Below the pieces are notes generated by a model. That model was not told the origin of the DNA. It saw only the letters and a program-made list of their open reading frames with translations, and searched no databases. Shown in pieces: positions 29,044 through 36,700 of a DNA stretch of 52,513 bases. The DNA is from a virus (lineage: Duplodnaviria > Caudoviricetes), in the IMG/VR virus record IMGVR_UViG_3300025151_000049, positions 1 through 52,513 of that record. The stretch is one strand, 5' to 3'. The position numbers and the translations under genes are program-made. Each line of letters opens with the position of its first letter. Within the stretch, counting starts at the first letter, position 1.

Positions 29044-29568
29044 CTAGAATGGGACTTCGTCATCATTACTAGTTGTACTCTCGGAGGTATCTTCATTTTG
29101 TAACTTATTTGCTACGAACTTATGAAAATAATTCTCTGCAGCGCCTTTCCAATAAGCAACATCATCATCAGAAAATGTTTCTAATTGATTCTCAAATGCT
29201 GTTGGAGCAACAGATGATAATACTCTACTGTATTTACCATCTTTATAAAAGTAAACATTTACTTTTTTACCAATCAAGCTTTGTGCGCTATCATCAATTT
29301 TTACTATACTATCACCATCAGGTCCATTTAATACCTCAGCTATACCAGCATTAGCAAATCTGAATAATCTACCTATAGCAAATTCTTCACCATCTTTACC
29401 TTTTTTCTCGTATATTCTTAGGTTAAGTGAATCTGGATATTCATTAAAGAAACAATCGATGTATTTAGTGCCATTAAAGTCACCATATGCAGCTTTTGTT
29501 ATCTCTACTTCTTTCCATCCTGGAGTAAATTTACCACCAGTTTGTTTTTTAATTGTTATTGTTCGCAT
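29044..29568 (-). CDS. Putative single-stranded DNA-binding protein
   Basis: Acidic C-terminal tail ending DDEVPF; located between ERF and primase. Confidence 0.6.
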   Translation of the reverse strand: MRTITIKKQTGGKFTPGWKEVEITKAAYGDFNGTKYIDCFFNEYPDSLNLRIYEKKGKDGEEFAIGRLFRFANAGIAEVLNGPDGDSIVKIDDSAQSLIGKKVNVYFYKDGKYSRVLSSVAPTAFENQLETFSDDDVAYWKGAAENYFHKFVANKLQNEDTSESTTSNDDEVPF

Positions 29569-29577
29569 TTCTTCTCC

Positions 29578-30081
29578 TTATGATTTACGAATTGAGTTAG
29601 CATCATCATCAAATTGTGCAATACCTACCATAGATGATAGACCATATCTTCTACCATATGTAATCGCTGAACCGACACCTTGTGCGTCAACTTTTGCAAG
29701 TGGTAGTTTAACTTTTGATCTAATCCATTGACCTGATGAATGCATTAGTGTTGTTGTTACGCATACTGCACCTTTAATAGGCTCATTACCTTGAGTAACA
29801 GATAATCCATTTTTACTCAAATATGGGAACGAAGCCTTGATTACAGCGTGTAAATCTGCATAATTAGATTTAAAGAATGGATTTGTGCTCTCTTTTTTTG
29901 CACCTTCCATTTCAGTTTGAGCTTTTGCAAGTGCGCCAGCTAATTCACCAATTTCAGGTGATTTCCAAGCATCAGGTGTTTCGTCTACTAAAACTTCTAA
30001 GCCTGCATTTTCATGCTTTTCTTTACTTTCTAGTATGTCTTTTACAACACCTGTTTGTTTAGATATATCAATGTTTGACAT
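29578..30081 (-). CDS. erf: ERF-family ssDNA-annealing protein
   Basis: ALAKAQ...NPFFKSNYADL...LMHSSGQW...QGVGSAITYGRRYGL...DDD, classic ERF motifs. Confidence 0.92.
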   Translation of the reverse strand: MSNIDISKQTGVVKDILESKEKHENAGLEVLVDETPDAWKSPEIGELAGALAKAQTEMEGAKKESTNPFFKSNYADLHAVIKASFPYLSKNGLSVTQGNEPIKGAVCVTTTLMHSSGQWIRSKVKLPLAKVDAQGVGSAITYGRRYGLSSMVGIAQFDDDANSIRKS

Positions 30082-30171
30082 CTTCTCTCCTTATGTTGTT
30101 GAACAGGGCAAACATTAGAGTATCTACCCTGTTCTATTTTATCGATTGAACCCTAAAGAAGGGTTTCTAAT

Positions 30172-30825
30172 TTAAGAAACTAATTTCTTTTTATCAAGTA
30201 TTAATGTTGAAAAATTGAATATAATTTCTTTGAAGTATGGTTGTTTCATAACTATGTTCTTAACAGTATTAGTTATAAAGCTGCCACTCATATTACTACA
30301 ATAAGATGTAGCTTTACGAGTACATGGTTCTGGATCAGAGTCTTCATCAGAGTACCAATCTTTCTCATATTTTTTAACAGTAATATTATCATATATGTAC
30401 TGTTGATACTGATCTGCACCCATCCTACCATCAATAACAAATGTTGGTTTATCAGGGCATTCTGCAAGTAATTTAACTATTTCCATACGAGCAGACATAC
30501 TATCTAAACCAAGTATAAGTATATCTTCTTTACTGCCCATATAACGATTAAATTTACTATTTACAAGCTCAATTTCAATAGAGCATTCTATTTTTTTGAT
30601 GTGTGTGTATAAAGCATCAACTTTAGATTTACCAATATCTTCATCTACATATTGACTAACACCTACATTTTCTATTCCTACTTTATCAAAATCATAAAGC
30701 GTAAATCTATCAGCACCAAGTCTTGCAAGCTGTGTGGCTACGGAGCTGCCAATAGCCCCGCAACCTACAACATGAAACATAATACCTGATATATCTGCTA
30801 TGTCTTGACTTCTTAAGTTTCTCAT
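30172..30825 (-). CDS. E1-like ThiF/MoeB-family Ubl-activating enzyme
   Basis: GCGAIG nucleotide loop, DFDKV..EN...Q, GKSKV, LDS..AR, IDGRMG; candidate catalytic Cys168 (PEPC); no CxxC Zn pairs. Confidence 0.9.
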   Translation of the reverse strand: MRNLRSQDIADISGIMFHVVGCGAIGSSVATQLARLGADRFTLYDFDKVGIENVGVSQYVDEDIGKSKVDALYTHIKKIECSIEIELVNSKFNRYMGSKEDILILGLDSMSARMEIVKLLAECPDKPTFVIDGRMGADQYQQYIYDNITVKKYEKDWYSDEDSDPEPCTRKATSYCSNMSGSFITNTVKNIVMKQPYFKEIIFNFSTLILDKKKLVS

Positions 30826-31790
30826 ATAGTATATCCTCCATAAGATCGGTTATAAGACATTGCATCAAGAACACTTTCAGCAATATCTAAGTATTTTGGA
30901 TCAATACAATTTATTAGTTCCCATGGTTCTCTATCCATTTCTATAAACTCTTCAAGCTCTTTCTTGTTTAAAGTATCTATAGCAAGACCATAAGGTTCTA
31001 TTAGTTTGTTTGTATGTGTTACTGCTGATTTATACTTATGCATATTCCAATCACCTAAATTGAATTGCCTGATAAATTCTGTTATTTTACCACAAGCATA
31101 CTCATGTTTAGCTTCAAAGTTAATTATTTCTTGTTGTGTTGGTTTTAGCCCTACTTCTAAATCATCATCAAGCCAATTATATGTAGCCCAATTATAATTA
31201 CCAATTGATAATTGTTTTTGATTTTTTGATTGTAACACAGATCCACCAGATTTGTAAGAACTTATATTTGTATAAGCACGCTTCCTACATTTAGCTTTAA
31301 CTTCTGTAACTATCTCAAGTGGTATTTCTACTTCAGGTGTATCATCTAGTATTTTAATTTCAACATCTTGATGTACTTCTACTGGCTTCCATACAGATAT
31401 TCTGCATTTATATTCCTCTTTTAGATTAACAACAAGTGCAAATGAAACATCTGATTCACCTTCACCATACTCATCAATACTAGATAAATCTGTACCACTC
31501 CAGAATGCATCCATTGTATGATGACTGTGCCACCAACAGAATCTAAACTTCTGTTCTTTGTATTTCATAGCCATTTGAGTATAATACGTAGCCAATTCTT
31601 CTTTATCTAGGTCACACGTAGTTCCTGCTATTTCTTGTGGTAATATTACTGGATTTTCAATAGTCCAATCACCATCTTCATCTTGTGTTACTACAGCCAT
31701 ACCACCTATCTCAGCTTTTTCTGTGACATAAGCAGCTTTAGCATAATTTATAATCTTATCCCAAGATTCTTTATGTATTAATATTTCCAT
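30822..31790 (-). CDS. JAB/MPN+ (JAMM) metallopeptidase
   Basis: E27 (AEIGG) and H88-x-H90-x7-S98-x2-D101 (WWHSHHTMDAFWSGTD); ATGA overlap with the E1 gene. Confidence 0.9.
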   Translation of the reverse strand: MEILIHKESWDKIINYAKAAYVTEKAEIGGMAVVTQDEDGDWTIENPVILPQEIAGTTCDLDKEELATYYTQMAMKYKEQKFRFCWWHSHHTMDAFWSGTDLSSIDEYGEGESDVSFALVVNLKEEYKCRISVWKPVEVHQDVEIKILDDTPEVEIPLEIVTEVKAKCRKRAYTNISSYKSGGSVLQSKNQKQLSIGNYNWATYNWLDDDLEVGLKPTQQEIINFEAKHEYACGKITEFIRQFNLGDWNMHKYKSAVTHTNKLIEPYGLAIDTLNKKELEEFIEMDREPWELINCIDPKYLDIAESVLDAMSYNRSYGGYTI

Positions 31791-31868
31791 TATTCCTCCT
31801 TAAAGTTAATTAAGTGTGCCCTGCTCGGTAGTTCTATTTCACACTGACGGGAGACTCACGGACACATC

Positions 31869-32738
31869 TTAAAATATGTATCTTATTTCTTGCCACGGTA
31901 ATATTGCATTGTGGCTATGTTTCCAAGCATCAATCAATCTACGTTTTAACTCATACTGGTATCTTATATTAACATTACCATATTGAGATGTTTTTTGTTC
32001 TTGGATTTTAGGCTTCCAAAGCAAGTCTTCTGCTTGTTTTGTACTTTCTTTTTTCATATTGTGTTCGTGCATATCATGATTATGTGTAAGAAATATAGCC
32101 TCACACTTAACATGTTCTTTTATAGCATCATCTACATATTTATCTACTTGTTTAAATAGATTTTGATACAATATACCAGCATCTTCTTCTACAATTATAG
32201 GTGAATAGTTAATGTGAACATCATAACCTGCAATCCAAAACTTGTTAATAGCTTTTAGTCTATCAGCAATTGTTGATGTACCAGGCTCTAGTATATTAGC
32301 ATACTTTTGTGGCATTACACTAAATCTAATACGTATCTTACGATTAGGATTGTAGTCTAATAAGTCCTCATTAACATATTTAGTAGCTGCCGTGCCCATA
32401 GCTCTATCATTGTTCTTAAAATAGTCAAACAACATCTTCCAATCATGATATTGTGCATGTTTTACATAGTCTTCATTACAACTGAAGTCATATGTGTAAT
32501 ATTTATCATGTGTCTGATCAGGTTCTTTAGGCCATTTTAAGTTACCATTGTGAGCATCTATAGTATCTATAATTTCTTGTGTATTTGTTGCTACTGATAG
32601 ACCTGTTTTTAAATGTCTACGCATATAACAATAACTACATTTGTATTCACAACCAAAACCAAAGGAAGGCGTAATAAAATTACTACTACGCCCTGAATCT
32701 CTGATTGTCATTGCTTTACGTCTTACAAAGTTAGGCAT
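31869..32738 (-). CDS. splB: Spore photoproduct lyase-like radical SAM enzyme
   Basis: CxxxCxxC (GCEYKCSYCY); SCNED matches the position of the extra SplB Cys; ATKYVN and RIRFSV motifs. Confidence 0.75.
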   Translation of the reverse strand: MPNFVRRKAMTIRDSGRSSNFITPSFGFGCEYKCSYCYMRRHLKTGLSVATNTQEIIDTIDAHNGNLKWPKEPDQTHDKYYTYDFSCNEDYVKHAQYHDWKMLFDYFKNNDRAMGTAATKYVNEDLLDYNPNRKIRIRFSVMPQKYANILEPGTSTIADRLKAINKFWIAGYDVHINYSPIIVEEDAGILYQNLFKQVDKYVDDAIKEHVKCEAIFLTHNHDMHEHNMKKESTKQAEDLLWKPKIQEQKTSQYGNVNIRYQYELKRRLIDAWKHSHNAILPWQEIRYIF

Positions 32739-32747
32739 ATAACCTCC

Positions 32748-34055
32748 TTACATTTCGTCACCTTGTGGTGATTCATCAGGCCAATCTTGTTCACGATCAC
32801 CTTGTATTGGCATTTCACCACCATGAATATTACCTGTTGATGTATTAATACCACCCATTCTAGTAGCCCATTGAAGTGTTAATTGTTCAGCCTGTTCTGG
32901 TGATACTGGTTGAGGATATGCATCTTTATACATACTACATCTAGATCTAAGTGCACATTCTGCTGTATCACAATAATCATCTTCACCTGATGGAGTATAA
33001 AAGCATTCATCTGGTGTACTAGTACCAAATATAGCTCTAAAATCATCATTTATTACCTTTGGCTCACCATGATATGAAGCTTTAATATTGTGATATGGAT
33101 TAGTATTATTAGTATATCTAGTAGCCCAATTAGGTATTTGAATTAGCAAAGATGTTAAATCATATCTACCCATAGCATTACTTATATTTGTTGCATCATC
33201 ACCCCAGCATACACTATTACCAAATATATTACCACTATCTCTGTAATGATTTCCAGATATATAAGGAAACTTTAATCTACCTCTATCATCAAAAGGATAA
33301 ACAAGACCATAGTTATAAGTATTAAACCTTGGGTTATCATAACTAAGTTTATTTGTTATCATATCTTTAATTGGATAGCTTATTATATTTAATTCAATCT
33401 GCATATCACACGGTATATCAGCAATATGTGTAGCTTCTGTTTGTGCTCTTGTATTTGCACTACTATACACTTTAATAGCTGGGGGTGAAAATATAATTGA
33501 TGTGTTTAATATATATCTTTGATTTGATCTACTACTAGGATGTGCATATAATCTATACCATATTGAATTATACATATCTATTCCATCTGCTACTGGCGCT
33601 ACTTTTTCTCCTTGTTCTGATAAGTAATTTTTAAATGTATCTTTATACTCTACAAGAATACTAGGATCATCTAGCCATTCTTCGTTATAATAACGCAAAT
33701 TAGTTATCATATTATCCATTTCTCTTAACTCAGTTTTTATCCAATCCCAACGGTTTAATCTAAAATAATCTTCACGTGATAGAAAATTATACATACCACT
33801 AGGTTTACGTTCAAATCCTAAGCCTCTCATCATTAAATTTGCTACTTTATCATATGTACCACGTTTCCATTTAAATGTTTTAGTAATCTCTAAATCTGCA
33901 TGATACTGTGTGTTAAATCTGTTTAGTCTTTCCATAATATCTGCTTGGGGACCGAAATATATGTGATCACCAAGATCTTCTGTTTCTATAGAATCAATTA
34001 CATCATTAATATCTGTTGATTCTACAATTAAATCGTAAGTATTATAATCTACCAT
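32748..34055 (-). CDS. Putative prokaryotic E2-like (UBC-fold) protein with a C-terminal Cys cluster (start revised to ATG 34055, 435 aa)
   Basis: GGAGG RBS before ATG 34055; FPYISG...VCWG (Cys283) then helices and NPY resemble the E2 HPxI...C-x-G signature; four further Cys near the C-terminus; sits between Ubl and JAB/E1. Confidence 0.6.
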   Translation of the reverse strand: MVDYNTYDLIVESTDINDVIDSIETEDLGDHIYFGPQADIMERLNRFNTQYHADLEITKTFKWKRGTYDKVANLMMRGLGFERKPSGMYNFLSREDYFRLNRWDWIKTELREMDNMITNLRYYNEEWLDDPSILVEYKDTFKNYLSEQGEKVAPVADGIDMYNSIWYRLYAHPSSRSNQRYILNTSIIFSPPAIKVYSSANTRAQTEATHIADIPCDMQIELNIISYPIKDMITNKLSYDNPRFNTYNYGLVYPFDDRGRLKFPYISGNHYRDSGNIFGNSVCWGDDATNISNAMGRYDLTSLLIQIPNWATRYTNNTNPYHNIKASYHGEPKVINDDFRAIFGTSTPDECFYTPSGEDDYCDTAECALRSRCSMYKDAYPQPVSPEQAEQLTLQWATRMGGINTSTGNIHGGEMPIQGDREQDWPDESPQGDEM

Positions 34056-34170
34056 TTCTCTCCTCCAAAAGTTATATAGGGCTGATTGACCCTCGTTAGT
34101 GTATACTCTCGCACCTAGGTCGGTATTTTTCTCGCCTGTCACTACAGCCCTATAAGTTATAAATTAATAA

Positions 34171-34389
34171 TTACTGGTCACCGCCAGACTTATTATTATT
34201 AACAGCTGCAACAATATCACCTTCAGAAATAGCGTGAGTATTAGTTACAGATACACCGTTAACAGCAACAGATGCATTACTACTAATATCATCTGGAAAC
34301 TCTGCTCTTAATTGTTCAACGGTTTCAGCGTTAGTTTGTCTCTCTACAAAGCCGCCACCTTGTAGGAATTTTATAGTTTTAGTTGCCAT
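34171..34389 (-). CDS. Ubiquitin-like (ThiS/MoaD/SAMP beta-grasp) protein with GG-DQ C-terminus
   Basis: 72 aa; VAVNG...ISEGDIV...KSGG then DQ; AAGGAGG RBS. Confidence 0.85.
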   Translation of the reverse strand: MATKTIKFLQGGGFVERQTNAETVEQLRAEFPDDISSNASVAVNGVSVTNTHAISEGDIVAAVNNNKSGGDQ

Positions 34390-34400
34390 GTGGCCTCCTT

Positions 34401-34577
34401 TTAGTGTTCATACGATGAATATTGAGATTCTTCAGCCAATTGGTCAAAGAAATCATCAATAAGTTTATAGTTAGTTTTTATTTGTTTTTCTATTGTCTCT
34501 TTTACCTCACCATCTGGTAAATATTTGACAGTTTTCTTTAAAAGAATAGTATTTGCTTCTACATTGCCAATATCCAT
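34401..34577 (-). CDS. Hypothetical 58-aa acidic protein directly upstream of the Ubl (not in ORF track)
   Basis: TAATG coupling with 34577..34795; MDIGNVEANTILLRKTVKYLPDGEV... Confidence 0.55.
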   Translation of the reverse strand: MDIGNVEANTILLKKTVKYLPDGEVKETIEKQIKTNYKLIDDFFDQLAEESQYSSYEH

Positions 34578-34795
34578 TATAATCCCATCCTTAATCTAAT
34601 AGAGCCTATAATAGATTTTAGTTCTTCTATTTGATCACAAGCATAATTACAATTTTCGTTGATTCTGTTTATATCTTCTTTCATTGTGTCGATATGATTA
34701 AGAATATAGTCCATAGAATCATCTTTTTTAGTAGTTTTACTATTTTTTTTAGGTTCTTCTCTATCTATTGGCTTATCAGTCATTATTTTCTCCAT
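34577..34795 (-). CDS. Hypothetical small coiled-coil protein
   Basis: 72-aa ORF; ends RLRMGL, similar to the RLGL ending of 26427..26630. Confidence 0.5.
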   Translation of the reverse strand: MEKIMTDKPIDREEPKKNSKTTKKDDSMDYILNHIDTMKEDINRINENCNYACDQIEELKSIIGSIRLRMGL

Positions 34796-34915
34796 TTGTT
34801 ATCAGTACTAGCTCATCAATAAGCTTATTTAGCTCTATTTTTAGCTTAGATTGCTTATTTTTATTGATTATTATGTCTCTTAAGACATCTTCTTCTGTTC
34901 TTGCTGGTAAAAACG

Positions 34916-35413
34916 TTAACATATTATAAATCCTCCTGATTCTAGACAAAATTTAGCAAAATTCTCTACATTTTCTTTTGAAAACGGATAACTTGATAAG
35001 AATTTTAGATCATCATCTTCAGATTCTTGCAATTTTTTGTTTTTTTTCTTTACATGTTCTTCCCATTTATCAACAGTACCATCTGCAAGCAATATTTCTA
35101 GTTGTGTACCTATTTTAGCAGCGGTTTCTTGATCAATTTCTTTTCCATCATTGTAAGATCCAGCTTCAAACTGTTCTTCTGTCATAAAATCACAATTATT
35201 GCACACAAATGACCATAATGGCCTCCACCACCACACATTATTACGAAAATACACACCTGGATTGTCTTCATGGTATCTTTCCATGTCTTTAAAGTACTTT
35301 TTACGTCTTTCTATGTTCTCATCCTTCCATAAATCACTATCTTCTTTAAAATACTTGTATTCAGACTCATGTTTGTGTATTTTAGGGTTCATACCACTTA
35401 AATCAAATCCCAT
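34916..35413 (-). CDS. Hypothetical phage protein
   Basis: MGFDL start, YFRNNVWWWRPLW motif and SGGF end; AAGGAG RBS. Confidence 0.6.
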   Translation of the reverse strand: MGFDLSGMNPKIHKHESEYKYFKEDSDLWKDENIERRKKYFKDMERYHEDNPGVYFRNNVWWWRPLWSFVCNNCDFMTEEQFEAGSYNDGKEIDQETAAKIGTQLEILLADGTVDKWEEHVKKKNKKLQESEDDDLKFLSSYPFSKENVENFAKFCLESGGFIIC

Positions 35414-35414
35414 A

Positions 35415-35780
35415 CTACTTCTCCTTATTTTTAAACACTTTAATTACCTCATCAAGCAATGGATGTGGTATATCAGCGTCTACTACGTTATCTCTATAAA
35501 ACTTAGTTATTTTATAGTTATTATTTAATGCATCTTCAAATATGCCATTACATATAGGACAATATTGCCCTTCTTTTTGTGTTTTAGCACATTCTATAAG
35601 CCATTTAAATGATTTTTCATCTTGACTTACAAATTCATCATTGATATATATTCCTGTTAAGGCTCTGTTCCTAATCAGTGTATAGTTAGGATCAAGATCA
35701 CCATCTGGTTCAATGTGGTTTGTTAGTTCAAGTTGTCTGTTATTTCTATGATATATAACATAATTAATCGTGGAGGTCAT
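35415..35780 (-). CDS. Hypothetical protein with CPIC motif (possible Zn binding)
   Basis: 121-aa ORF containing YCPICNG. Confidence 0.5.
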   Translation of the reverse strand: MTSTINYVIYHRNNRQLELTNHIEPDGDLDPNYTLIRNRALTGIYINDEFVSQDEKSFKWLIECAKTQKEGQYCPICNGIFEDALNNNYKITKFYRDNVVDADIPHPLLDEVIKVFKNKEK

Positions 35781-35853
35781 CTATACCTGCCCTTGTTAAT
35801 AGTAACCATAGTATTCCTAAAGCTATTATTAACATTGATATTAATAAATACAT
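35764..35853 (-). CDS. 29-aa single-TM peptide (not in ORF track)
   Basis: AAGGAG RBS; MYLLISMLIIALGILWLLLTRAGIDDLHD. Confidence 0.5.
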   Translation of the reverse strand: MYLLISMLIIALGILWLLLTRAGIDDLHD

Positions 35854-35872
35854 ATTATTCTCCTTTAAAAAT

Positions 35873-35928
35873 TAACACCCACCAACAGGCCGAAGCCCTA
35901 AGTGCAGTACTATCGATGATGGGTGTTA
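35873..35928 (-). ncRNA. Candidate structured element with a cUUCGg tetraloop
   Basis: 9-bp inverted repeat TAACACCCA/TGGGTGTTA, extendable by G-U pairs on the - strand; internal GGGC-UUCG-GCCU hairpin. Confidence 0.45.
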
Positions 35929-35963
35929 TGTTAACCTGTAGCTGTTTTGAGCCTTGTCTACTC

Positions 35964-36137
35964 CTACAGGTCTACTCTCCTACCAATTCCTTTAGACATT
36001 TTAAACTGAAACTTCTTAATATCCTTATCTAATGCTTCCAAGGCTTTAGTCTCAGTCTCAATCTTAGAAATTATTTTGGCTTTTGCCTCTTGTAGTCGCT
36101 TGACTATCTCTAACATTTCTGTATAATTACCTGCCAT
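35964..36137 (-). CDS. 57-aa coiled-coil protein (not in ORF track)
   Basis: GAGGAGG RBS and TAATG coupling; MAGNYTEMLEIVKRLQEAKAKII... Confidence 0.55.
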   Translation of the reverse strand: MAGNYTEMLEIVKRLQEAKAKIISKIETETKALEALDKDIKKFQFKMSKGIGRRVDL

Positions 36138-36319
36138 TACTTATCCTCCTCTACATAGAATGGATCATCATACTTCTCAGCGTACTGCCGCTGCATTTTT
36201 CTAATTTTCCAATCATCATTTAATTCTTTAAAGAACATAAGTAAGCCATGTATTGCCATAGTAAATGTTATAATACTTATAAGACCAAGTATTAACAGTA
36301 CAAATGATTCTATATGCAT
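36137..36319 (-). CDS. Small single-TM membrane protein
   Basis: FVLLILGLISIITFTMAIHGLLMFF hydrophobic segment. Confidence 0.55.
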   Translation of the reverse strand: MHIESFVLLILGLISIITFTMAIHGLLMFFKELNDDWKIRKMQRQYAEKYDDPFYVEEDK

Positions 36320-36492
36320 TTTTCTACTACCTTACTACCTTTCCCAAGAATTATAACAGACTTAGCCTGCTTTCTTGATTTAGCTTTCATTATATCTTTT
36401 CTAGCAATAAGAAATGCCTTCAAGATATTATCTAAACTATCGTTCTCTATTATTGATTCTGGTAATACATTAAAAACTTCTTTCTTTCCCAT
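36310..36492 (-). CDS. Hypothetical basic protein
   Basis: 60-aa ORF with AAGGAG RBS. Confidence 0.5.
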   Translation of the reverse strand: MGKKEVFNVLPESIIENDSLDNILKAFLIARKDIMKAKSRKQAKSVIILGKGSKVVEKCI

Positions 36493-36533
36493 GGTAGGAT
36501 CTCCTTTTATTAACTGTTTTATATTAACTGTTT

Positions 36534-36694
36534 AACACACCAGCCCTGGTGATTGCTTTAGCTTAGTGACCATAAAGGTTCTATCGGTAGCATCCATCAA
36601 CAGGGCCGAGATTGGTATCTAATAGTGTTCTAAATATACTCCCTAGGTAGTACATAACCTGTCAAGGTTCACTTTCGAATCGCTCCAGTGTGTC
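36534..36694 (-). ncRNA. Candidate ~160-nt multi-stem structured RNA
   Basis: Closing helix GACACACU/GGUGUGUU; hairpins AACCU/AGGUU and AUGUACU/AGUAUAU; long arm GGCCCUG-U-UGAU/AUCA-C-CAGGGCU; G-U pairs favour the - strand. Confidence 0.55.
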
Positions 36695-36700
36695 GGGTAT

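Noticed and set aside
34056-34142. N-terminal extensions in the ORF track (also 28818, 26141, 38325, 49163, 49991, 50691)
   Set aside because: These upstream starts lack an RBS or run through hairpins; downstream ATGs have clear SD sites.
30172-34389. Thiamine or molybdopterin biosynthesis (thiS/thiF) as auxiliary metabolic genes
   Set aside because: No thiG, moaE or desulfurase; JAB and an E2-like gene are present and E1 lacks the MoeB/ThiF Zn CxxC pairs. A sulfur-carrier role is kept only as a minor alternative.
36665-36690. TTCGAATC resembling a tRNA T-loop
   Set aside because: No T-stem or cloverleaf forms; I found no tRNA gene in the window.
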